The translations under genes and the position numbers were made by a program. The notes below the pieces were generated by a model, which did no database searches, was not told the DNA's origin, and saw only the letters and a program-made list of their open reading frames with translations. Shown piece after piece: positions 1 through 9,101 of a stretch of DNA of 64,000 nt. The stretch lies in NCBI GenBank assembly GCA_042570545.1, contig JBHPGJ010000002.1:31741-95740 (forward strand), given 5' to 3'. This DNA is from Patescibacteria group bacterium. GTDB taxonomy: Bacteria; Patescibacteriota; Patescibacteriia; JBHPGJ01. Each line of letters opens with the position of its first letter. Within the stretch, counting starts at the first letter, position 1.

Positions 1-1
1 A

Positions 2-3000
2 GCTAATACCATTACCACTAATGGTGATTTTAATAATGAGAATACTTTCTCTAATTCCGGCGGTACCTTAGTGATGAATGGTGCGGGAACGCTGACCTCA
101 AATGCTTCTACCCTTAACAACCTTACTATCTCCGGCGTTGTCACACTGGCGGCTGCCACCCATACAGTAGCTGGCAACCTAGACTTATCCAGTAGCACTA
201 TTACCGCCGCCGGCTCGACCGTGGTGATGACCGGTACTTCAAATACCGTCGTGGGCGGTGATCAAACTTTGGCCAATTTCCAGATAAACCCAGCATCACC
301 TGGCACCATAACCCTCCAAACATCAGATCTAACATCAACCGGAACGCTTAATGTCTTTGCTGATGATACACTTACAATAGACACAGGCAGAATTATGACG
401 GCAAATAATATGGCGCTCAATGGTACCATTGATGGCGCGGGACTTCTCGACTTCAACCAAAATTCCGCTTTTCCATCTACTGGCACGCTCGATGCCGATC
501 TGCGTTTGTCTGGCACTGGCGCCCAAACTTTACCCGACCGGACATATGGTGGCAATGTCGAGATTTATAATGACTCAGCATCACCAAGTCGGACGGTAAC
601 GCTTGCCAGTGGCTCGCCTGTATATTCTGGCAATTTCACAGTGAATGCCACCAATGCTAACGACATTATAGTCGATGGAGCAACCAATAGCCCGACCATG
701 GACATTACCGGCAGTATCAGCTTTCCCGGCGCCGGCGGCGGTACTGATACTATAACTACCGGTACCAATACCTGGTTCGTCGGTGGGAGCGCTGACTTTA
801 CCAACGGCACATTTACCCATACGGCTGACGGAACTTTGGATATGGACGGCTCGGGCACACTGACCACTGCTAGCAATAACATTAAGAACCTCACTCTCTC
901 TGGAACAATAATACTAGCGGCGGCTTCCCATACAGTAAGCGGCAACCTAGACATGTCCAGTGGAGCAGTAACCGCTACCGGTTCAACTGTATTTATGAAT
1001 GGAGTTACAAAAACCATCGATGGCGGCGGCAACACCTTAAATAATCTATGGTTTACGCCGGCCGGACCGACAGCATACACGCTACAAAACACTGACCTGA
1101 CAGTCGGAGGTACGCTTGATATTGGTGATTTTGCACAAGTTAATATTAATGTTAACCGCACCCTTACCCATTCAGGAACGTTGAATTTAAACAGTACCGG
1201 CGCGACTGGTGGAGCTGGCCGCTATACTTATCAGTCATCTACCGCTCTCCCCACCGGCGGCACCATTGGCTCAATTCTCAGAATGGATTCATCGAGTAAT
1301 GACCAAAGCATGAATGCCCGCACTATTGGCGGTGCCTTAGAGATCTATAATAATAGCGCTAGTATCAGGACGGTGACACTGAATGCCGGCACCCAAGACT
1401 TTAATAGTACGTTATCTCTCGAAGCGCCGAGCTCTGGCACTTTGAACCTGACCGGCTCAGGTACTAATCCTACTATCGATCTGGAAGGGGACCTATCTTG
1501 TGTGGCTGGGGGTGCAACCAAGACTATCACCACTGGTACCGGCACCTGGAATGTCGCTGGCCTTGTTACGCTTACCAACTGCACATTAAGCGCTACGGCT
1601 GGCAACACTTTCAATTTTGATAGCGATGACGCTGCCACGCTTACCTCAGCCAGCGAAACATTTGATAATGTCGATATTTCCGGCACACTTACTTTAGCCA
1701 ATGAAACGCATACCGTTAGCGGGGCACTTGATCTTACTGGCAGTACGTTAACCGAAGGCACATCGACAGTATTGATGACCGGCACAGCTAATCTTACCGG
1801 TGGTGGGGAGACGTTGAATGATCTCACGATCGACGGCACGACAAATACTGTCACCATGGCGACGTCTAACCTCACTGTTGGCGGTACGCTCAATGTCGCA
1901 TCGGGCGATACCTTAACCATTGGTGACGGTTTGACGCTGACCCATTCTGGAGCAACGCTAACGCTCGCGGGAACCATCAATGAGGGGGGCGCCACTACTG
2001 GATTACTGGTGTATCAGTCAACTACGGCATTTCCTACAACGGGGTCCATTACAGCGGACCTTCGCATGGATGGAGCATCCGGCAACCAGATTCTGGGCGC
2101 AAGAAATGGTGCTAATAACTTCGGTGGTGACGTCGAGATTTACAACAACTCAGGCGTAGCAAGGACATTTACTCTCGGTACGGCTGGCGCACAAACACTG
2201 GACGTTGCTGGTGCGCTCACCCTGACGGCGAGCTCGGGAACTATCGAGTTAAAAGGAGAGACGTGGGATCCGACACTGAACGTGACTGGTGCGCTCACCT
2301 GCGACGTCAGTGCTGCGACCGAGACCATCACTGCGCCAGATGCCGTCGCCACCTGGACGTTTTCTAATAATGTGAATTTAACGAACTGCACTTACACAAA
2401 GAGTGCAGAAACCTTGGTCATGGATACTACCGGCACCCTAACCTCAGCTTCCCAGACTTTAAATAATTTAACCTTATCCGGCGTAATAACTTTAGCAGGG
2501 GCTACCCATATTGTTTCCGGCAACCTGAACATGACCGATGGCACCATCACCGCTACCGGCTCTACTGTCTCCATGGGCGGCACCTCTAAGACCATCACTT
2601 CTGATGGCGATTCTCTAAATAACCTTACTGTTACTGGCGGCTCCATCAGCAACGCTGATGCCATGACCGTGGCTGGCAACTTCACTCTCTCGGCTGGTGA
2701 TTTCTCACAACATGCAACTGCCAATGTGACCATTACCGGTGACACTATTCTTATCTCTGACGGAGCTACCTTCACTAAATCCGGTACTAGTGGAACGTTA
2801 ATACTAGACGGTATCTCAGATAATCAAACCTACCAAGACTTAAGTTCTGGAGCCAAACAGAACCTAGGCTCTGTCCAGATCGGCGCCAGTCCTGGCACTA
2901 CCAAACTGAAAAGCGACTTTGCCGCCGATGACCTGACTATTGTTGACGGTGACAGACTAGAGACCCACGGCTGGGAAGTAGACTTAGTTAATTTCTTTGA

Positions 3001-4828
3001 CTGCCAAGGGGCATGTATTCTTGATCTGGTTGATGATCCACCAAGTCAAGAGAGTAACGGCACCATTATTACCTTTGGCACTGACTTTACGATGTCTGGA
3101 ACCGGCACGGTGATCGTCTCGGGCAACGATTCTAGAATTGAACCAGACGGCACGGTAGACCAGATCGTCACTACTGGCGGTAAGATCTATGACACCTTTT
3201 ATGTTAATAATACCGGTGCCACTGACGCCGTTGATGACGTCATCATCTCCGGTGCCCTTGATCTAACCACCGATCTAATAATAAACGATGGTGAGCTAGA
3301 CTTAGATGCCAATGATCCGGCTGTTACTATAGAAAAAGATATGACCATCAACTCCGGTGGCGATATATTGCCCTCAGATACAAATGGCATAACCTTTGAC
3401 GGTTCAGCTACGGCCGGTACCTACACTGACTCTAGCTCTGGTGGCCCATTAAACATCGGTGATGTCACAGTAAACAAATCCTCCGGCACTCCGGCCACTG
3501 ACACCGTTACTCTGGCTTCCAGCATGCTAGCCGATACGGTAGTGATTAGTGCCGCCGACACTCTCGACCTGGTCGATTCAGGCTTTACCCTAGAACTAGC
3601 TAATAATGCTGCTACCGGAACAGTACTAACCACTACCGGTACCTTAGATGTTGGAACTAACTCCTTAGTTAAATACTCAGCTATTAATACAGTTGGTCAA
3701 GTAACCGTAGATAACACCGGTTACCACGACATTCAGTTCTCCGGAGCCGAGATCTACGATCTGGGCGGCAACCTGACCACCACTGACGATATTGACGGTA
3801 ACCTGACCATTGATTCTGGCGCCACTCTAGATGTTACCGCTACTAACTACAACATCGATCTGGCCGGTAACTGGACCAACAACGGTGACTTTACTGACCG
3901 GGCTGGTACCGTAACCCTTGACGGAGCCGCTACCCAGACCATGTCCGGACAGATGACTGGTGCCAGTGATCAATTTTATAACTTAAATATTACTAATACC
4001 TCTGGCTCGGCCACTACTTGTGAAGGCGCCTTTACCCCTGGTGTAGACTTCGCGGCGGCTGCTCAAACGGCCAATACTATGGACATCAGTCCCGGACCTA
4101 ACTATGTCCAGTTTCAAGATAGTGCTACCTATACCTTCCAGAACATTGATTGGCAGGGGACGGCTGGCAATCTGGTTTACTTAAGGAATTCTAATTTGAC
4201 CGGCGGAAGCTGGACACTAACTGTAGCCGGCACCCAAGCAGTAACATACGTCAACGTGGCCCGATCAAATGCCACCAGCACCATCGATGCCACCCAGATC
4301 TACAACGAAGACTGTGGTAATACTACAAATTGGGATTTTGATTCTCTTCAGTTCAGTATTACTGATATCGATATAGGCTTTGGATCACTGAGCACTGGCA
4401 TATCCAGATTTGCCACTGGTAACGGTATCGGAGCTGATGGGCCTACGCCAACCAGCGCTCATGACCTGACTGTCCTGACCGGCGCAGAGGGCGGCTATGC
4501 TCTGACTTATTACAGTACCCAGACACTTACTAGCGGTTCTGATGACATTAATGCCGCCACCATAACAGGTGATGGTGACGGAGATCCAGGATCTGAGCAA
4601 TTTGCTATCAGCTTTGCTACTGACGGCGATGCTACTATAGCGGTTCCATATCGTCAGAGTAGCAGTAACTATAAATATGAAACTTCGAGCACGGTTTCCA
4701 TTGCCACGGAGTCAGGGCCAACAGCTCTGGAGACTATTAGTGCGTATTACCTTGGGAATATGTCTACAGTGACAGCCGCCGGCACTTATACTACGACTAT
4801 TATATATGTAACTACCGGTACGTTTTAA
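2..4828 (+). CDS. Giant surface adhesin-like protein (5'-truncated by window edge), beta-helix-like T/G/N-rich repeats plus C-terminal pilin/WxL-like domain
   Basis: Frame is open from position 2 (ANTITTNGDF...) through ORF 71..4828. It has four ~260 aa internal repeats, and its last ~160 aa (DSLQFSITD...IIYVTTGTF) are homologous to the C-terminus of the next gene. Confidence 0.8.
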   Translation, partial: ANTITTNGDFNNENTFSNSGGTLVMNGAGTLTSNASTLNNLTISGVVTLAAATHTVAGNLDLSSSTITAAGSTVVMTGTSNTVVGGDQTLANFQINPASPGTITLQTSDLTSTGTLNVFADDTLTIDTGRIMTANNMALNGTIDGAGLLDFNQNSAFPSTGTLDADLRLSGTGAQTLPDRTYGGNVEIYNDSASPSRTVTLASGSPVYSGNFTVNATNANDIIVDGATNSPTMDITGSISFPGAGGGTDTITTGTNTWFVGGSADFTNGTFTHTADGTLDMDGSGTLTTASNNIKNLTLSGTIILAAASHTVSGNLDMSSGAVTATGSTVFMNGVTKTIDGGGNTLNNLWFTPAGPTAYTLQNTDLTVGGTLDIGDFAQVNINVNRTLTHSGTLNLNSTGATGGAGRYTYQSSTALPTGGTIGSILRMDSSSNDQSMNARTIGGALEIYNNSASIRTVTLNAGTQDFNSTLSLEAPSSGTLNLTGSGTNPTIDLEGDLSCVAGGATKTITTGTGTWNVAGLVTLTNCTLSATAGNTFNFDSDDAATLTSASETFDNVDISGTLTLANETHTVSGALDLTGSTLTEGTSTVLMTGTANLTGGGETLNDLTIDGTTNTVTMATSNLTVGGTLNVASGDTLTIGDGLTLTHSGATLTLAGTINEGGATTGLLVYQSTTAFPTTGSITADLRMDGASGNQILGARNGANNFGGDVEIYNNSGVARTFTLGTAGAQTLDVAGALTLTASSGTIELKGETWDPTLNVTGALTCDVSAATETITAPDAVATWTFSNNVNLTNCTYTKSAETLVMDTTGTLTSASQTLNNLTLSGVITLAGATHIVSGNLNMTDGTITATGSTVSMGGTSKTITSDGDSLNNLTVTGGSISNADAMTVAGNFTLSAGDFSQHATANVTITGDTILISDGATFTKSGTSGTLILDGISDNQTYQDLSSGAKQNLGSVQIGASPGTTKLKSDFAADDLTIVDGDRLETHGWEVDLVNFFDCQGACILDLVDDPPSQESNGTIITFGTDFTMSGTGTVIVSGNDSRIEPDGTVDQIVTTGGKIYDTFYVNNTGATDAVDDVIISGALDLTTDLIINDGELDLDANDPAVTIEKDMTINSGGDILPSDTNGITFDGSATAGTYTDSSSGGPLNIGDVTVNKSSGTPATDTVTLASSMLADTVVISAADTLDLVDSGFTLELANNAATGTVLTTTGTLDVGTNSLVKYSAINTVGQVTVDNTGYHDIQFSGAEIYDLGGNLTTTDDIDGNLTIDSGATLDVTATNYNIDLAGNWTNNGDFTDRAGTVTLDGAATQTMSGQMTGASDQFYNLNITNTSGSATTCEGAFTPGVDFAAAAQTANTMDISPGPNYVQFQDSATYTFQNIDWQGTAGNLVYLRNSNLTGGSWTLTVAGTQAVTYVNVARSNATSTIDATQIYNEDCGNTTNWDFDSLQFSITDIDIGFGSLSTGISRFATGNGIGADGPTPTSAHDLTVLTGAEGGYALTYYSTQTLTSGSDDINAATITGDGDGDPGSEQFAISFATDGDATIAVPYRQSSSNYKYETSSTVSIATESGPTALETISAYYLGNMSTVTAAGTYTTTIIYVTTGTF
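68..2650 (+). repeat. Four degenerate ~260 aa coding repeats in the giant adhesin (the last is partial)
   Basis: Motif (L/F)xM(N/D)xxGTLTSxxxTLNNLTLSGxxTLAxxTHxVSGNLD...GSTVxMxG recurs near 68, 836, 1610 and 2414. Confidence 0.8.
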
Positions 4829-4853
4829 TTAATGGATAAATGCATACCCAACT

Positions 4854-4882
4854 TTGACATATTATGATAAAGTTGCTATACT
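4854..4882 (+). promoter_or_regulatory. Sigma70-type promoter for the 4961 subunit gene
   Basis: TTGACA (4854-4859), 17 bp spacer, TATACT (4877-4882) with extended TG. Confidence 0.75.
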
Positions 4883-4960
4883 ATAGGAAGATTGAGGGAC
4901 GTCGAACCTCAAACCATGATAAAATCAACAAATAATAGAAATAATTTAATTATTACGAAT

Positions 4961-6034
4961 ATGATTAGAAAATTATCAACACCTTTATTAATAGCGGCCA
5001 TGTTGGCCTTTTTTGTGTTTCCGGTCAATACTACTCACGCGGCTAACCTGACCAGTCTTAAGGACGTGATGTCCATCTTGACTGACTCAGCTGAGGCAAA
5101 CCACACTATATCGTTTGTCGCCCCGTCTGCAGTAGCTAACAATACTTCCATGACTATTACGTTTGGCACTGGTTGGGATCTGTCTGACCCGATCGATGAA
5201 GACGATATTGACGTTGCTGGTAGCACTGAAGGTGAATTAACTACCGCGGCAGACTGCACTGGTGCGGAAAATGCCGGTGTTAGCGTAGCTGGTCAGGTCA
5301 TAACGATTGAGCTTTGCGACACTGATGGCGGTGATTTTACCGGCTCTGAAACGATTACTGTAGAGATCGGTCTTCATGCCACCTCTTCAGGATCCGGCGC
5401 AAACCAGATCACTAACCAGACTGTTGCCCAAAACAACACCGATCCAACTATTGTTGTTGCCACGGCTAGTGATAGCGGCACATTAGCAACAGAAATAATC
5501 ACTGATGGTGATGTCACTGTAACTGCCACCGTAGATCCGTCAGTAACTTTCTCCATAACTGATACGACAGTCGGTTTTGGTCCGCTTGATGCTGCCCAGG
5601 AATGTTGGGCCATGGGTACCGCACCGGCATCTTGTAACTCAACCAAGCAAACTGCCCACACCATGAGTGTGGGAACTAATGCTACTGGCGGTGTGAGTTT
5701 GACATATTCTGGTCCTTCTATGACCAGTGGTGGAGATACAATTAACGACGGTACTATGACCGATGCTGACGGCACTCCCGGTACGGAAGAGTTTGGCCTT
5801 GGTATAGACGATAACGCTGCCACCCTTACCATAACAGCGGCTTATGATGAGAACACCGATAATTATAAGTTCGACTCGGCTAGTGATACCACGCCAATTG
5901 AAATTGCCACCTCCGGTGGTAATCCGGTAACCAGCACCACTATGGATACACACTACATGGCCAACATCGCTGCTGATACTGAAGCCGGCAGCTATAGTAC
6001 CGATATCATCTACGTCGCCACCGGAACCTTCTAA
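4961..6034 (+). CDS. Secreted fibre subunit candidate (CS1/CfaB-pilin-like or WxL-like C-terminal domain)
   Basis: ORF 4892..6034, likely start ATG 4961. Signal peptide ends ...THA|ANL. Motifs DVTVTATVDPSV, SVGTNATGG and AGSYSTDIIYVATGTF. Confidence 0.7.
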   Translation: MIRKLSTPLLIAAMLAFFVFPVNTTHAANLTSLKDVMSILTDSAEANHTISFVAPSAVANNTSMTITFGTGWDLSDPIDEDDIDVAGSTEGELTTAADCTGAENAGVSVAGQVITIELCDTDGGDFTGSETITVEIGLHATSSGSGANQITNQTVAQNNTDPTIVVATASDSGTLATEIITDGDVTVTATVDPSVTFSITDTTVGFGPLDAAQECWAMGTAPASCNSTKQTAHTMSVGTNATGGVSLTYSGPSMTSGGDTINDGTMTDADGTPGTEEFGLGIDDNAATLTITAAYDENTDNYKFDSASDTTPIEIATSGGNPVTSTTMDTHYMANIAADTEAGSYSTDIIYVATGTF

Positions 6035-6086
6035 GACATAGTTACCAGAGAATTACCATAGAGGGTAGTCTTGCCTATATTAGTTA

Positions 6087-7097
6087 ATGCTTGAAAATTA
6101 TTACAAAAAAATGCTGAAATCATTAAATCGTTTATTGTTACTTAGCGCTTTGATGGTCGGCATTTTTTTTGTAGCCGAAAGTGCTCAGGCCCTAACCTTG
6201 ATCCCGCCCTCAACAGAAATAGGCGCCGTGCCAGGCCAGAAGATCGATGTTGAGATAAAATTGTTTAACGAAGAGCAAGTACCGAAGATCGTATTTTCTG
6301 ATGTGACCAACTTTACCGCCTCAGGTGAGACCGGCAGTCCGACCTATAGTTTTGATGCTGAGCCATTTGGTATTGCCACTTGGTTTGAGGTGCTTGAAGG
6401 TCCGCTGTCAATAGAGCCTGGCCAAAGAGTAACCATACCCGTAACAATAAACGTACCGGCCGATGCAGAACCGGGCGGTCATTATGCCGCTTTGTTCTTC
6501 GGCAGTGATCCAGATAAAGATAATAATAACGAGGCCCCCCAACTGGCTATCGGTCAAAAGTTGGGCACCCTATTCCTAGTACGGGTCGATGGTGACATTG
6601 TTGAAGGCGGCGCTATTGCCACCTTTGGTCTAGCCGAGGGCAAAAAGAAATTATCTCACTTACCGGCAACTTTTGAGGTTCGTTTTGGTAATACTGGCAA
6701 CGTCCATCTTAGACCGCAGGGGAGTGTAGTGGTGAAAAATATGTTTGGCGGACAAAGTGCTAACCTGGTAATCAATGAAAGCCGGGGCGCTACTTTGCCG
6801 GAAACAATAAGGAAGTATGAAACCATCTGGGAGAAAAATGCTGTCAACGAAGGCGGTTTCTTTACCCAGTTGGGTAATGAGTGGAAGAACTTTGCTTTTG
6901 GTAAATATACCGCTACGGTAAATCTTCAGTACGGTACGGAAAATCCTACTCAAACAAGCGATAGCTTCAGCTTCTGGGTGATCCCCTGGCGGTTAATAAT
7001 TACATTTATAGTCCTGCTGGCTGTCGTTGTACTGCTGCTGATTGTCTTTATTAAAAGATACAACGCTTGGGTTATAAAAAAAGCCCAAGGTCAATAA
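6087..7097 (+). CDS. DUF916/WxL-interacting or PapD-like chaperone-fold protein with C-terminal TM anchor
   Basis: Signal peptide (AQA|LTLIPP), VPADAEPGGHYAALFF, FGNTGNVHLRPQG, C-terminal hydrophobic helix with basic tail. Confidence 0.7.
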   Translation: MLENYYKKMLKSLNRLLLLSALMVGIFFVAESAQALTLIPPSTEIGAVPGQKIDVEIKLFNEEQVPKIVFSDVTNFTASGETGSPTYSFDAEPFGIATWFEVLEGPLSIEPGQRVTIPVTINVPADAEPGGHYAALFFGSDPDKDNNNEAPQLAIGQKLGTLFLVRVDGDIVEGGAIATFGLAEGKKKLSHLPATFEVRFGNTGNVHLRPQGSVVVKNMFGGQSANLVINESRGATLPETIRKYETIWEKNAVNEGGFFTQLGNEWKNFAFGKYTATVNLQYGTENPTQTSDSFSFWVIPWRLIITFIVLLAVVVLLLIVFIKRYNAWVIKKAQGQ

Positions 7098-7112
7098 TCA
7101 CCCACCAATATT

Positions 7113-7967
7113 GTGATTAAATTCCACTGGCGATGGATAAGTTATGCGATACTTCTCCCGGTGCTTGTTTTGGCACTTGGAGTTCATTTAGTATCGGCTA
7201 TTGATGTGTCGGTATCAGCCACTGTGCCGAGTGATCCACCAATCATCCCTGATACCATAGTTCAATTTAGCGGCTATGCTTATCCCGGAGCTGATATTAC
7301 CATCAGGCAAAATGGTTCAGTGCTGGCCACTACGGTTGCCAATCCACAAGCAAATTTTAATGTGTCTAAAAAAATAAATCCCGGTACTTATACTTTCGCT
7401 ATATTTGGCGAGGATGACAATGGCTTAACGGGACGGGTCTTTAATATTACCCTAAGTATCACCGAAGGAGCGACAACAACCATAAGCGGCATATTCTTAG
7501 GACCAACCATCGATGCTGATAAAAGCACGATTGAAATTGGCGAAACAATTACCATTTTGGGTACCACCGTGCCCAATAGCACGGTGCTGATCACGGTAAA
7601 TTCAAATGCCCAAATTTCCTCACTAGTAACGGCCTTAAATGACGGTAGCTACTCTGATCAATTTATTGGCGGTCTAGGTGGTCTGGATATTGATACCCAC
7701 TCAGCTCGGTCCAAGGCCACGGCTCCGGATAATTCCATATCAGAAAATAGCAATACCATCTCCTTTGCCGTAGTTGATCAGGATGTTTGCGCTACGGCCT
7801 CGCCCGGTGATATAAACTGTGATGGCTTTGTAAACTTGGTTGATTTTAGTATTTTCTTGTTCTATTGGGGCTCAACTAATCCGGCCGAACCACGAGCTGA
7901 TATTAATAATGACGGCCGAGTTGATATCATCGACTTTAGTGTCATGTTGTTCTACTGGACGGGATAA
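7113..7967 (+). CDS. Secreted Ig-like protein with C-terminal dockerin domain
   Basis: Signal peptide, two Ig-like segments, duplicated Ca-binding repeat GDINCDGFVNLVDFSIFLFYW / ADINNDGRVDIIDFSVMLFYW. Confidence 0.8.
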   Translation: MIKFHWRWISYAILLPVLVLALGVHLVSAIDVSVSATVPSDPPIIPDTIVQFSGYAYPGADITIRQNGSVLATTVANPQANFNVSKKINPGTYTFAIFGEDDNGLTGRVFNITLSITEGATTTISGIFLGPTIDADKSTIEIGETITILGTTVPNSTVLITVNSNAQISSLVTALNDGSYSDQFIGGLGGLDIDTHSARSKATAPDNSISENSNTISFAVVDQDVCATASPGDINCDGFVNLVDFSIFLFYWGSTNPAEPRADINNDGRVDIIDFSVMLFYWTG

Positions 7968-7971
7968 ATAT

Positions 7972-9096
7972 ATGAAGAAATTTATTTGGCCATTATCATT
8001 AACACTACTTATAACTGGATTTGTATTGGCGGCAAAACCAGCCACTGCCGCTCGAGTCTTTGCCTATCCAGCAGAGATGGAAGCGGCCATCAATGAGACT
8101 TTTGTGATTGATATTCGGCTTGATAGCGAACAGGAAATAATTAATGCTGTCCAAGCCCAAATTAATTTCCCAGCTGACTTATTGGAAGTGGTGGATGTTG
8201 ACCGGGGCAACTCCTTTTTAGAATTATGGGTGGAAGAACCGCAGATAGACAATAAGACCGGCCAAGTTAGTTTTGTCGGCGGCATACCTCAGGGTAGCTA
8301 TGTGGTTGAAGGCAACCTGCTGACCTTAACTTTTAGGGTGAAATCAGCCGGCTCGGCTATTGTTAGTTTTAATGGGCAAAATACCAGTGTACATCTAAAT
8401 GATCCTTTAGGCACCGCCGCAGAGATAAGTTTTGAGAATGGATTATATGCTTTGGGTAATCCAATGGCCTTGAATATTGTGATCAATTCCTCAACCCATC
8501 CGGACGAAGATCAGTGGTATCAGAATAATTTTGTAGAGTTTGATTGGAATACCAGAGAAGAAGCCGCTTATAGCTATACATTATCTATTAATCCCACCGC
8601 CGAACCTGATGAGACTTTTGATACCAATGAGGGTCAAGCCAGTTTTGAAGAAGTAAATGATGGTACACATTACTTTATATTAAAAGAAATATTACCGGGT
8701 GATGACTGGGAATTAGTTGGTCGTCGTCGGGTAAAGATTGATAAAACCCCGCCGCTGCCGATTACTACTAACTTTGGACAACACCAAAATATCGCTGAGG
8801 GAAAAATATTTCTAGCTTTTTCAACCACTGATGTCGGTTCAGGTGTAGATCGATATGAATTGACTGAGGGTGATGATATATATACTGATGTTACCAGTCC
8901 GTATGTTTTGGCCGATCAAAACAGAACCAGCGATATTGTCATTAAAGTCATAGATAAAGCCGGTAATATCAGGACTACTACCTTGCCGGCTCAGAATCAA
9001 ACCACTAAACAAGCACTACCGTTATGGGTTATAATTGTTATTGCGGTAATTGCCGTGGTCGCTATAACTACTTATATACTTAAAAAATCTAAATAA
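7972..9096 (+). CDS. Cohesin-domain protein with C-terminal TM anchor
   Basis: Likely start ATG 7972 (MKKFIWP, signal peptide). FVIDIRLDS..INAVQAQINFPADLLEVVDV...LLTLTFRVKSAGSAIVSF is cohesin-like, followed by an SSTHPD Ig module and a C-terminal TM. Confidence 0.75.
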   Translation: MKKFIWPLSLTLLITGFVLAAKPATAARVFAYPAEMEAAINETFVIDIRLDSEQEIINAVQAQINFPADLLEVVDVDRGNSFLELWVEEPQIDNKTGQVSFVGGIPQGSYVVEGNLLTLTFRVKSAGSAIVSFNGQNTSVHLNDPLGTAAEISFENGLYALGNPMALNIVINSSTHPDEDQWYQNNFVEFDWNTREEAAYSYTLSINPTAEPDETFDTNEGQASFEEVNDGTHYFILKEILPGDDWELVGRRRVKIDKTPPLPITTNFGQHQNIAEGKIFLAFSTTDVGSGVDRYELTEGDDIYTDVTSPYVLADQNRTSDIVIKVIDKAGNIRTTTLPAQNQTTKQALPLWVIIVIAVIAVVAITTYILKKSK

Positions 9097-9101
9097 CCAT
9101 T

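Noticed and set aside
262-5953. Many minus-strand ORFs (V/P/S-rich, up to 216 aa) inside the adhesin and subunit genes
   Set aside because: They are antisense shadows of Thr/Gly/Asp-rich coding sequence and carry no independent motifs.
7840-7971. Extended N-terminus of the first cohesin ORF
   Set aside because: It overlaps the dockerin gene; ATG 7972 gives a clean signal peptide.
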